Part shown: in pieces, positions 46,136 through 55,253 of the stretch
Layout: each line of letters opens with the position of its first letter
Position numbering within the stretch: position 1 is the stretch's first letter
Assembly (NCBI GenBank): GCA_002721815.1
Contig: PBLQ01000043.1
Location: 2,571-66,570 of the forward strand
From: Myxococcales bacterium
GTDB taxonomy: Bacteria; Myxococcota; UBA727; GCA-2721815
DNA: 64,000 nt
Direction of reading: 5' to 3'
Translations under genes and position numbers: made by a program
Notes under the pieces: model-generated
What the model was told of the DNA's origin: nothing
The model's database searches: none
What the model saw: the letters and a program-made list of their open reading frames with translations, nothing else

Positions 46136-46864
46136 ATGGCATCTGCTGAAATTAATTTCGAGGCACCCGTCGTGATCGGTCGGCTGGTACGGCGATACAA
46201 ACGTTTTTTCATGGACGTTCATCTGGAAGATAAGGATGAGGTGGTGGTGGCCCATACGCCCAACACGGGCAGCATGAAAGGCCTGTTGGATGAGGGCAAC
46301 CGGGTCATGATGACCTACAATCCCTCACCAAAACGAAAATTAGATTATTCTGTTCAAGCCATTGAAGTGGGTGACACCTGGGTGGGCTGCAACACCCATC
46401 TGCCAAACCGATTCGTGGCTGCAGTCATTGCGGCCCAAAAGATTCCAGAATTAACGGGTTATGACACCATTCGCAAAGAGGTTAAATATGGCCTGGAGAA
46501 CCGGTCGCGCATCGATCTGTTGCTTGAAGACCATCAAGGGGGAGCACCGTCTTGTTATGTGGAGGTGAAAAATGTGACCCTGAAAGAGGGGGCAGGCGCG
46601 CTTTTTCCGGACGCGGTCACCACTCGGGGGCAAAAACACATTGAAGAACTCCTGGGGGTGATGGCCCAAGGTCACCGGGCAGCTTTGGTTTTTTTGGTGC
46701 AGCGCATGGACTGTGAGCATTTTGCGCCGGCGGATGCCATTGATGCCAAATACGGAGAGTTGCTCAGAAAAGCAGAGAAATCAGGACTTTGTATTATCCC
46801 GGTGGTGGCGCAAGTGGGGCAAAACGGGGTGGGTTTTGCTGGAATGCTCCCTTTTGAGCTGTGA
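46136..46864 (+). CDS. sfsA: Sugar fermentation stimulation protein SfsA
   Basis: GRLVRRYKRFFMDVHL...VAHTPNTGSM. Start taken at ATG 46136 (MASAEINF); the ORF begins at 46091. Confidence 0.88.
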   Translation: MASAEINFEAPVVIGRLVRRYKRFFMDVHLEDKDEVVVAHTPNTGSMKGLLDEGNRVMMTYNPSPKRKLDYSVQAIEVGDTWVGCNTHLPNRFVAAVIAAQKIPELTGYDTIRKEVKYGLENRSRIDLLLEDHQGGAPSCYVEVKNVTLKEGAGALFPDAVTTRGQKHIEELLGVMAQGHRAALVFLVQRMDCEHFAPADAIDAKYGELLRKAEKSGLCIIPVVAQVGQNGVGFAGMLPFEL

Positions 46865-46933
46865 GCGAATGGGGTTTGATTCCAGGGAGACTCAAGGTAA
46901 AGTCGGGGCCTTGTAACCAATGAGGAACTTTTC

Positions 46934-47440
46934 ATGCGAATGTTGAGCCCTATTATTTGTTGTGTGCTCGGATTGATGGCCTGTGCGGCGCCCAGTGGGC
47001 TGAACCAGGGCGTGTATGAGGATGCGCAGGTGCGTTATCGCGTGGTGGGGCCTGGGGCTGCTTGGAAGCCAGTCCGGCTACAAAATGCAGACTTGTCTTG
47101 GTTTCAACCCACCACGGGCAGCACCTTGTTAATCAATTCGAACTGTAAGGGTGTGAAGGATGTCCCTTTACATTCATTGACCCAACACTTGCTCATCGGA
47201 ATGACCGACAAAAAAATCGTTCATCAGGAAGCCATTCCATTTTCAAACCGAGAAGCGCTCGAAACAGAAGCCGTGACCAAAATCGACGGTGTACCCCATC
47301 AAATGAAAATGCTCGTTTTAAAAAAAGATGGATGTGTCTACGACTTGGTCTACGCAGCCAGTCCCCAGTTTTATGAAGAGGACATGAAAGCCTATGTCCA
47401 AACCAAAGGTTCGTTCACCGGACACGCTCGCCGGCGTTAG
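46934..47440 (+). CDS. Hypothetical lipoprotein
   Basis: Lipobox LGLMAC. 168 aa. No family recognised. Confidence 0.65.
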   Translation: MRMLSPIICCVLGLMACAAPSGLNQGVYEDAQVRYRVVGPGAAWKPVRLQNADLSWFQPTTGSTLLINSNCKGVKDVPLHSLTQHLLIGMTDKKIVHQEAIPFSNREALETEAVTKIDGVPHQMKMLVLKKDGCVYDLVYAASPQFYEEDMKAYVQTKGSFTGHARRR

Positions 47441-47458
47441 GCCTTAAGGAAAGTACAC

Positions 47459-48241
47459 TTGCGGTTTTTCTCTGCCATAGGTCACGCGCTCATTGAATTT
47501 TTCGCCTACACCGGCGCGATCATGCGCATGTCTTTGCGCTTTTTTAAGGTTTTGTTCAAAACCCGATTGTCTTGGCCTGAGTTTATTTCCCAATGTGAAA
47601 TTATCGGTTTGCGCTCAGTTCCCATTGCAACTTTGATTTTATTTTTTGTGGGTTTGGTCTTTGCGTTTCAGTTCGGCCTGTCCATGAAAACCATGGGCGC
47701 CATTCCTTATTTAGGGAAAATCACCTCGCTGTCCATCGCAAGAGAGTTAGGGCCAGTGTTCACTGCTTTGGTGGTGGGGGGCCGCGTGGGTGCGGGCATG
47801 GCGGCGGAATTGGGCTCCATGAAAGTGACTGAGCAAATCGATGCGATTCGCTCCCTCGGGGCTGACCCAGACAACAAATTGCTGGTGCCACGTGTACTGG
47901 CCGCAACCCTGATGTTGCCCATCATCACTCTCATTGCAGACATCGCTGGATTTTTTGGCGGCATGCTCATTGGCTGGTCGGAGTTTGGACTCTCACCTTT
48001 GGCCTATTACGCATCATCCATTTCCACCGTGTACTTGTCGGACTTTTTATCAGGCTTTTTCAAACCCTTTTTCTTTGGGTTTTTCATTGCCATCATCGGT
48101 TGCTACCAGGGCTTTCAAACCCGTGGTGGCACGGCGGGGGTGGGTGACTCCACCACCCGGACCGTTGTGATCGTGTCCATGATGGTGGTGTTCGTCGACT
48201 TTTTTCTCACCCGAATTTTTGCGTTGATGCCTTCTTTTTAA
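47459..48241 (+). CDS. mlaE: MlaE-family ABC transporter permease
   Basis: ARELGPVFTALVVGGRVGAGMAAELGSMKVTEQIDAIRSLGADP signature. TTG start. 260 aa. Confidence 0.9.
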   Translation: MRFFSAIGHALIEFFAYTGAIMRMSLRFFKVLFKTRLSWPEFISQCEIIGLRSVPIATLILFFVGLVFAFQFGLSMKTMGAIPYLGKITSLSIARELGPVFTALVVGGRVGAGMAAELGSMKVTEQIDAIRSLGADPDNKLLVPRVLAATLMLPIITLIADIAGFFGGMLIGWSEFGLSPLAYYASSISTVYLSDFLSGFFKPFFFGFFIAIIGCYQGFQTRGGTAGVGDSTTRTVVIVSMMVVFVDFFLTRIFALMPSF

Positions 48242-50910
48242 GGCGTCACCAAGTCTTCAGCGTTACGTGGTACGATTTTGTAATTTCCGTAGGCGTAATG
48301 CAAAATGCCGGTAATAGATGAGAAGGTGGTACCCACGGGGTAGGTGTTGTCCATCTCTTCCCAGATGAAATCATCAATGCGTAAGCCGCCGGTGATTGCA
48401 AATTCATCATAGTCACTGTCACCGTCCGCATTTTCTTCGGTGACGGTGACATTTTCAACGCGGACGAACATGCCTTCGTATTTTTCGCCATCCACATCGC
48501 CATCCACCACGTTAGCAGGGTCGACCACCAATGGTTCAATGAGTGCCCCGCTGGCGTTGGTGACAGTGAGGGTCGCATCGGTGATTTCGGCCAAACCATA
48601 GTATTCAACGTAGGTGCCTTGGACTTCTACATCGTTGCCCAAGGCCACGGTGCCGGGCTCGAATTGATCGTAAATGTAAATACCGGAATAAGCGCCCCCT
48701 TGCCGGGTTTGACACCAAAAGCTGTCGTTGCCACTGTTGGAGCTGGTCTTGATGGCGGTGACCGCACAGTTAATGGCCACCGAAGTGCCTTCCTGTGGAT
48801 GGTTCACGCTGCAAGTCTCTTGAATGTCGTAAATGGAGTAAGGGCCGGCGTAAGTGCTCGGTGGTACCTCGGGGCATTCATCACACTCATCGCCAATGCC
48901 ATCGTTATCAGCGTCGATTTGATCCACATTGGGGGTCTCCAAACAATTGTCGGTGTTATCGCCCACGCCATCGCCATCGGTGTCTTGGGTTTCGGCGCCG
49001 TTGTTGGGGAGTGCGTCACAGGCATCACCGGTGCCATCATCGTCCGCATCGGCTTGATCAGGGTTGCTTAGGCCCGGGCAGTTGTCCACATCATCGGACA
49101 CGCCATCACGGTCGAGATCGTTGGGGTCGAAGGTTTCGCAGTCGTTGGTGTTGGCGTCAAGCGGGCAGACGTCACACGCATCGCCAGTTCCGTCTGCATC
49201 GAGGTCGGATTGTTTGCCGCTGTCTAAAGGACGGGTTGGGTTAAAAATGTTGGGACAGTTATCATCGCCATCGGCAATGCCATCACCGTCCGCATCGCCA
49301 CTTCCAGGACCTTGGGTGTAAGCGGTGGAGCCTTCTACGATTTCCGCATCGCCACGGTAGGGGATACAAGTAGGCTCGTTGTCGGGTGCACCACAAAAGA
49401 AGAGTGGATAAATGCCTGGCACTTCAGCTTCGATTTCAGCCAAATCCATGCCGGTTTCAGTTTGGGTACAAATCAATTTGTCGATGCCACACACATTCAA
49501 AGCGTCGCATTCATTGTTGAGTGCGCCCGCTAAATTTTCATCTCCACTGAGAACATCGCCACCACGAAGGACCAGTGCCACGTCTTCAGGGTTGCCTTTG
49601 ACCACCGCTTCGTAGGGGCCCAAGCCATTGCGCATAAAAATGGCAATGTCCGCTACTTTTCCAGTACCCAAAATACCAATGTGAGCATCCATGTTCATGG
49701 CTTTGGCCCCGTTGATGGTGGCCATGGCCCAGAGGTCTTGGTAGCTAAAGAAACCGCCGAAATAGTTGGCATTGAGGAACTCTGCGCACGCCAGTTCGCG
49801 ATTGGTGTTCATGGAACCCGAAAGAACCCAGTCTGTTCCGATGGCGATAGGCACGCCCAAACGGTGGTAAAGGGTGACGGGGGCTGTATCGCCATACAAC
49901 GAGATGTTGGAGCGGGGAGACCAGATCAGTTTCATGCCATCGGCGGCCATGAGTTGGACGTCTGATGCATCCACGCCCACGCCGTGAATGATGGCTTTGT
50001 TCGCGTTAAGGGCGTACACGCCTCCGTTGGCTTCGGTTGACAAACACAAAAATTCGTTGCGTGCTTCGATGTCAATGCCCTCGGAGACATGAGGGGTAAA
50101 GGCTGATTCGGCGGATAATTCACTGGCATTGGGAAGCGAGTAGTCGCAGCCGTCCGATCGCAATGTACCGCTGGAATCTCCCAATGGAAAAGTTTCGTAT
50201 TCCACGGCGTCTGCGTTGAGCCCCTCTAAAGCGTTGCTGCGATCCAGGTTTCGCAAGAAGCCATCCACGCTTCCTGAGCCGTTGATGCTGGTGGTCCCGC
50301 CCAGGGCAAAACGCATTTCACCCCAACGTTGGCTTTTGGCACCTTGGTGCTCACCTTTGCTTTGCGAGATTTTAGGGTGACCGCGTTTGCCTTTGCGCCA
50401 GTCGTGTCGGTGCTCGTATCGCAGCAAAGGATCTTCGCCCGCCTCTGTGGCCACGTAGGGATCGCCGCCCATCCAACCCATGTGATCGTGGGTGTTGATG
50501 AGGCCGGGGGAAATGGAAGCCCCATTACAGGTGATTCGTGGGGCGTCATCGTACTCGGTCAAACACGCGCAACCCACGCATTGGATGATACCGCCGTTGT
50601 CCACATAGACGCCGCCGTTTTCCCAAACTTTGTTAGGCCCTAACACTGAGCCCACCAACAAAAGGCCGTCACCACTGCCAGAAGTGTGGAAGCAGGTGCC
50701 TTCATCGGGGGGCAGAATGGAGCCGAGATTGCAGGTCTCTACTTCGAACGTTCCGGTGTTGTTCATGTTGGAATTGTTGTTGTTGTTGCCCGGACCAGCG
50801 TCAGGTGTATCTGGGGCCACGGGATCTGGCTCTCCATCGGGACCCATGGGGCAGGCGGTGAGGCAAGTGAGTGCGATGGGCAATACGAGGCTTAAATATC
50901 TAATTTTCAT
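48238..50910 (-). CDS. Secreted lipoprotein: amidohydrolase domain + TSP3 calcium-binding repeats + C-terminal OB-like beta domain
   Basis: Start taken at ATG 50910 (MKIRYLSLVLPIALTCLTAC, lipobox). SPGLINTHDHMGW (HxH metal site) and IAIGTDW. About 8 DxDxDGxxDxxDxC units (nt ~48865-49310). The tail YSIYDIQE...VEVQGTYVEYYGLAEI... resembles the OB-like module of ExeM/NucH-type extracellular nucleases (recognition only). Confidence 0.82.
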   Translation of the reverse strand: MKIRYLSLVLPIALTCLTACPMGPDGEPDPVAPDTPDAGPGNNNNNSNMNNTGTFEVETCNLGSILPPDEGTCFHTSGSGDGLLLVGSVLGPNKVWENGGVYVDNGGIIQCVGCACLTEYDDAPRITCNGASISPGLINTHDHMGWMGGDPYVATEAGEDPLLRYEHRHDWRKGKRGHPKISQSKGEHQGAKSQRWGEMRFALGGTTSINGSGSVDGFLRNLDRSNALEGLNADAVEYETFPLGDSSGTLRSDGCDYSLPNASELSAESAFTPHVSEGIDIEARNEFLCLSTEANGGVYALNANKAIIHGVGVDASDVQLMAADGMKLIWSPRSNISLYGDTAPVTLYHRLGVPIAIGTDWVLSGSMNTNRELACAEFLNANYFGGFFSYQDLWAMATINGAKAMNMDAHIGILGTGKVADIAIFMRNGLGPYEAVVKGNPEDVALVLRGGDVLSGDENLAGALNNECDALNVCGIDKLICTQTETGMDLAEIEAEVPGIYPLFFCGAPDNEPTCIPYRGDAEIVEGSTAYTQGPGSGDADGDGIADGDDNCPNIFNPTRPLDSGKQSDLDADGTGDACDVCPLDANTNDCETFDPNDLDRDGVSDDVDNCPGLSNPDQADADDDGTGDACDALPNNGAETQDTDGDGVGDNTDNCLETPNVDQIDADNDGIGDECDECPEVPPSTYAGPYSIYDIQETCSVNHPQEGTSVAINCAVTAIKTSSNSGNDSFWCQTRQGGAYSGIYIYDQFEPGTVALGNDVEVQGTYVEYYGLAEITDATLTVTNASGALIEPLVVDPANVVDGDVDGEKYEGMFVRVENVTVTEENADGDSDYDEFAITGGLRIDDFIWEEMDNTYPVGTTFSSITGILHYAYGNYKIVPRNAEDLVTP

Positions 50911-50921
50911 TGGTTTTAATC

Positions 50922-50989
50922 CATGGTGACGAAAGAAAGGCAAACTTCTCCCTATTGGGATTCTCTCCCATATATATGGCGTCACCATG
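50922..50989 (-). promoter_or_regulatory. 10-bp perfect inverted repeat in the OMP-amidohydrolase intergenic leader
   Basis: CATGGTGACG (50922-50931) and CGTCACCATG (50980-50989) enclose 48 nt. The enclosed stretch contains the palindrome CCATATATATGG (50968-50979). Confidence 0.35.
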
Positions 50990-51027
50990 TTTTGGCGGGA
51001 AACCAGTGAGGATTTGGGCAGATCTGA

Positions 51028-53187
51028 CTAGAAAGCCACCCCAAAGAACAGCTGAAAGGTTTGTGCAGGCTGCGCTTTTGCAAATTGTTCACGAACTTGA
51101 GCTTCGCCATTTTCGTCCACCGCATGATTCAAACCTGCCAGTGGGAACAAATACCCGTATTGCATCATGAAATGAAAACCATCGAGGCTTTGGTAAAAAG
51201 CGGTGGCATCCACTTCAACGCCTAAGGGAGAAGCATTACCAGGGGTGGAGGTGGCGTAGTGGGCGAAGGATGAAATGATGTCCGCACGGAAACCAGTGTT
51301 TGGGTTAATGAAGTAAGTAACATGCGGTTTCACATAGATGGCATCGGTGACCGTTCCCAAAATCTCGCGGAAGAGAATCAAGTCCACTTGGTAATCTGGG
51401 TCAAATCTGAAGTTGGAAATGTTGTCATCGATGAGAATACAATCGCCATCATCGTTGGTTTCGATGCAACGGCCGTATTGTTTGGCATCGGCATCGCCAG
51501 GGTTGGCGTTTTGGTTAATCACTGGTCGCAAGCCAAAACCGGGCGCATCATCGCCGGAGGCCCAACCGGTATTTAAACCAATCTGCAAAGAGTCGTTGAG
51601 CAACTTATAAGAACTTTCCAGGGCGGCCCCCCCTTGGAAGACATTCAAGGGGATGGGGTTTGCGTCGGCGTCCACGCCCAAGCCTTCATCGTATGCATCC
51701 AGGCCGTTGGAAGAGGTGCTGGTGCCATTAATGGTCGCGTAAATACCTGCCACTTCGAGTTCGAGTTTGAGTTTTTGCCATTGGTACATGGCCCAACCAG
51801 AAACGGCGAACGCGTTGGCGTCGCGACGTACGTAGTCGGAGGATGATGCGCCCACCATGGGGTTTTGCTCTGTGTAGTAAGAAGGAATGTCATAGGCTTG
51901 TTGGCGGTAAACGGCAAAGACGCCGTAATTAAAGACTGAAGCTCCGTCGATGAGGAGTTGATCGATGGTGGCCGCGTTATCACGTTTTTGCACACTCAAG
52001 ATAAAAGAATGAACGTCATCGCGGGGGTCGAGATTGTAACGCTGTCCGTTTTCGTTGAGGTAATACCGTTGTCCGAAGTCACCCAATGCACCTAAGCCGC
52101 CACCACGGCCATAGTCACCGGAGGCCGATAGAGAGTAAGCGGGGATAATGTAGTGACCGAAAGCTTTGGTGGCGAATAAAATTTGATCCGCATTGTCGCC
52201 GTAATCTTGGTCCAGACCGTCGCCGCTGTTGGCCAAGAGCCCCAAACCAAAGTTGTTGGGTTGGCGGCCAAAGCGAAGTTGGCCAAAGGGGGTGAGAACT
52301 TCCGCCCAAAGACGTTTCACACGAATGGCGTCGTAGCGTGCATTCAGTCCTTCTTGCGGTGCGTTTTGGTTGGCCGAAAACAAAGGCAAGGGAAGGGTTG
52401 GGTTTTGGGCGAAGCCAGGTTTGGCTTCAGGGGTGGAGCCGTAAACCAAGTTATCAAACACATCCACCATGGAACGAACGCGAATGTCTTCGGAAACATT
52501 TAAGGTCGGGTCTAAGCGCAAGCGCATGTTGATGGAAGAAATACTGTTGGTGTCTTTGCCTTCAGTATTGCAGACGGTGCCTTCAATGCCTTCGGCTTCG
52601 CAGGTTTCTACATCAAAAGGTCGGTACAGGGTTGGGGTGGGAAAGTTAGACGTGCCGCGCCCAAGACCATTGTCAGCCAACGGGTCAAAAGTGCCCAAAT
52701 CGAGTCGGTGAAATAAGTCTGCACGGGTGCGGAAATAACCATCGATTTGCAGGAAGTTGAGCTGAGGTGCCAGCTCGCTCACCCAGGTTTCTGGGGTTTG
52801 GGTTTTGTTTTTATCGGCTTGGGTTTGTTTGGCACCTTTCTCGGCCAGGCTTTCGAGAATTTCGGCTTTGAGCTGGGCTTTGAGTGCCTCAATATCAGCG
52901 GTCGCGGCAGGGGCGGTGCTGGGGGCAGGGTTAGGTGCGCTCTGCGTGGTGCCCTCGGTCTTTTCTCCGCTTTCATCAGCGTTGGGCTCCAATTCATCAT
53001 CCGCAGCCATGGGTGGGGGTAATTTGCCCTCTGATTCTGTTGCTTTTTCAGTAGAAGCCTCCGGCGCCTTTTCTTCGCTTGCTGCGTCGTTTTCTGCCGC
53101 GGTGAGCGGGCTAGCTGCCAGCAGAAGGCCGAAAATAGGCGTAAATACCTGAAATCCAGGCGTAAACACGGTTTGAAGCTTCTTCAT
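51028..53187 (-). CDS. Putative outer-membrane beta-barrel protein
   Basis: Signal peptide (...LLLAASPLTAAEND), acidic/Ala-Pro-rich N-terminal region, alternating beta-strand-like sequence, C-terminal aromatic residue (FFGVAF*). 719 aa. Confidence 0.7.
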   Translation of the reverse strand: MKKLQTVFTPGFQVFTPIFGLLLAASPLTAAENDAASEEKAPEASTEKATESEGKLPPPMAADDELEPNADESGEKTEGTTQSAPNPAPSTAPAATADIEALKAQLKAEILESLAEKGAKQTQADKNKTQTPETWVSELAPQLNFLQIDGYFRTRADLFHRLDLGTFDPLADNGLGRGTSNFPTPTLYRPFDVETCEAEGIEGTVCNTEGKDTNSISSINMRLRLDPTLNVSEDIRVRSMVDVFDNLVYGSTPEAKPGFAQNPTLPLPLFSANQNAPQEGLNARYDAIRVKRLWAEVLTPFGQLRFGRQPNNFGLGLLANSGDGLDQDYGDNADQILFATKAFGHYIIPAYSLSASGDYGRGGGLGALGDFGQRYYLNENGQRYNLDPRDDVHSFILSVQKRDNAATIDQLLIDGASVFNYGVFAVYRQQAYDIPSYYTEQNPMVGASSSDYVRRDANAFAVSGWAMYQWQKLKLELEVAGIYATINGTSTSSNGLDAYDEGLGVDADANPIPLNVFQGGAALESSYKLLNDSLQIGLNTGWASGDDAPGFGLRPVINQNANPGDADAKQYGRCIETNDDGDCILIDDNISNFRFDPDYQVDLILFREILGTVTDAIYVKPHVTYFINPNTGFRADIISSFAHYATSTPGNASPLGVEVDATAFYQSLDGFHFMMQYGYLFPLAGLNHAVDENGEAQVREQFAKAQPAQTFQLFFGVAF

Positions 53188-53306
53188 AATTATCCCCTAA
53201 CGTTTAATTGGGTCGTATTAACGAAATGCCCTGCAAACTAACCCACAAAAGCAGCAAAAAACAAAGGGTGTTGGGTTGGTTTTTTGGATCTGGGGTATTT
53301 TTAGTT

Positions 53307-53325
53307 CGGATCTGCGTCAGATCCG
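53307..53325. promoter_or_regulatory. Perfect inverted repeat CGGATCTG-CGT-CAGATCCG
   Basis: 8-bp arms with a 3-nt spacer. A third GGATCTG half-site lies at 53286-53292. Located between the divergent OMP and sigma-factor genes. Confidence 0.4.
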
Positions 53326-53369
53326 GTTATTTCTAACCACCTAAATTAAAAGGAAATTCATCGCCCCCC

Positions 53370-53385
53370 GTCCTACATGTAGGAC
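53370..53385. promoter_or_regulatory. Perfect 16-bp palindrome GTCCTACATGTAGGAC
   Basis: Read directly from the sequence, 107 nt upstream of the sigma-factor ATG. Confidence 0.4.
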
Positions 53386-53491
53386 AAAAACCTTCAATTA
53401 ACTACTTTTCATCAGATCGTGCGCAACTTCCGCACCTAAAGGGCGAAAACTATAACATCACACACACACCACGTTTTAGAAGAGGTTCCAA

Positions 53492-54172
53492 ATGCTACAT
53501 ACAGACAAAAAGCTCCTCAAAAGTTTTCGAAAAGGCGAAACCGACGCATTCGAGCAAGTTTATCACCTTTATTCCGACCTGGTTCGCAAGTTTCTCTACG
53601 GTGGATTCAGTTTCTCTAGCCAAGGTCGTGCCTGCCGTTTTCACGGCGCAGATGCCTCCATTGATGTAGAGGCCGTGGTTCAAGAAACCTTTTTACGCGC
53701 TTACGGTGAAACCACCCGAAAAAGTTACGATGGTGAGCGCCCTTTCCAGAACTATCTTTTTTCCATTGCCCGTAACTTGGTGCTCAAAGAAATGAACCAC
53801 CGCGGTCGCGTTTTACATGTGGACCAAAGCGAAGAAGGCACCCAAGTTCTGTTGCACCACGCCCAAGCGGACGCATTCAAAACCACCCCGGTCAGTGCCG
53901 AAAAGCAATTGGTGCACAACGAACTGCATCACCTGACCAGTGAATTTGTGAACGGACTCAATGATGAAGAGCAGCAGTTCTTCGCCCTTCGCTTCGCCCA
54001 AGGCTTAACCCAGCAGGGCACCGCTGACGCCATGAACACCACCCGTGCTCGTATTAAAGTGTTGGAGCGCCGCTTGCGAGATCTCTTCATGCAAGACTTG
54101 CGTAAGAATGGTTACTTGACCGATTACACCCCATCTCCACGATGGAGCCGCAAGGTGGCCAACGCTTCATAG
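53492..54172 (+). CDS. RNA polymerase sigma factor (sigma70 family, ECF-like)
   Basis: Region 2 (FEQVYHLYSDLVRKFL...VQETFLRAY...YLFSIARNLVLKEM) and region 4 (EEQQFFALRFAQGLTQQGTADAMNTTRARIKVLERRL). No anti-sigma gene is adjacent. Confidence 0.85.
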   Translation: MLHTDKKLLKSFRKGETDAFEQVYHLYSDLVRKFLYGGFSFSSQGRACRFHGADASIDVEAVVQETFLRAYGETTRKSYDGERPFQNYLFSIARNLVLKEMNHRGRVLHVDQSEEGTQVLLHHAQADAFKTTPVSAEKQLVHNELHHLTSEFVNGLNDEEQQFFALRFAQGLTQQGTADAMNTTRARIKVLERRLRDLFMQDLRKNGYLTDYTPSPRWSRKVANAS

Positions 54173-55252
54173 AATTTTCTCTCTAAAACTGTGTGTGAGG
54201 TACGTCGTCGCTTCCTGGTGGAACCGGCGGCGTATTTTTTTGAACTCCGCCAACGTATCTTCGTAATAGATTCGGTTGGTGAGCAAAACATAAAGGGCGG
54301 CGGGATGTGTGTTGTCGCCCAGGTCCAACCACAAAGAGGTACCCGTGAATCCCAAATGACCGATGGCGTTTGGGCTGAGCGATTCTCCAGTGCTGCCGCC
54401 TTCGGTGGGGCGATCGAAAGCCAAGGCTCGCTCATAGGGGGCTTGGCACATATCTTTTAAAACAAGCGCCAATGGAGAAGACGTTTGTAAGGTTTCAAAC
54501 AACCAACGACCAAAAGCAACCACATCTTGGAGGCGGCCAAATAAGCCTGCGTGACCTGACACGCCGCCCATGACAAAGCAATTGTCATCGTGCACTTGCC
54601 CATGCATCCGTCGTCCACGCCATTCGCATTTAGCGGTGGGGGCGACGTCATTTAGTTGCGGGTGAAAGCCTTGCTCAGCCAACGGTACGAAATGGGCTTG
54701 GCATTGAGGAATATTTTCGCGCAACCAATCATGATACACCTTCTCCAAAGGCGCTTGGTAGCACGTCTCGAGATGATGCCCTAAGGCGATAAAACCCAAA
54801 TCCGAATAGCACGTTTGTTCTTCTATTTTTGCCTCGGGCGGGGTTGTTAGAACTTCTTCCACTAAAAGGGTTTTACCCTCGCGAATCCCCGTTTTCTCCG
54901 GTGGCACCCTTTCGTAAAAAGGTTTCCAGTCGGGCAAACCACTGTTGTGTGCCAAAAGGTGCTGTATCTGGATGCCAGGCCATGAAGGAAACGGGCAATC
55001 ATCAAAAGACAAAAGGCCATCCACTTTGGCTTGGGCCACCAAAACACCGGTGCACATGATCTTGGTGAGAGAGGCCAAATCATAGACGGTCTGTTTGGCC
55101 ACCGGCGATAATGCCTCTTCGGTGCGCAACCCCTCTAAAACCAAAACGTCTTCTTGGGAAGATGCAAAGGGCACCACTGCGGCGGCACAGCCGGGGAAAA
55201 TTTTATCAGAAATGGCGCCTTTGAGCACGTCTTGTACGGCACTTGAAGTCAA
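54167..55252 (-). CDS. Beta-lactamase-fold serine hydrolase
   Basis: SxxK motif (DLASLTKIM). Start ambiguous: TTG 55252 has a GAGGG RBS and lies directly after the ldcA stop; ATG 55294/55297 would overlap ldcA by ~40 nt. The ORF is open to 55378. Confidence 0.78.
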   Translation of the reverse strand: MTSSAVQDVLKGAISDKIFPGCAAAVVPFASSQEDVLVLEGLRTEEALSPVAKQTVYDLASLTKIMCTGVLVAQAKVDGLLSFDDCPFPSWPGIQIQHLLAHNSGLPDWKPFYERVPPEKTGIREGKTLLVEEVLTTPPEAKIEEQTCYSDLGFIALGHHLETCYQAPLEKVYHDWLRENIPQCQAHFVPLAEQGFHPQLNDVAPTAKCEWRGRRMHGQVHDDNCFVMGGVSGHAGLFGRLQDVVAFGRWLFETLQTSSPLALVLKDMCQAPYERALAFDRPTEGGSTGESLSPNAIGHLGFTGTSLWLDLGDNTHPAALYVLLTNRIYYEDTLAEFKKIRRRFHQEATTYLTHSFREKIL

Positions 55253-55253
55253 A

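Noticed and set aside
53459-53468. (CA)5 microsatellite upstream of the sigma-factor gene as a phase-variation switch.
   Set aside because: Only five units, which is too short to argue for slipped-strand regulation without population data. It is mentioned only within the palindrome finding.
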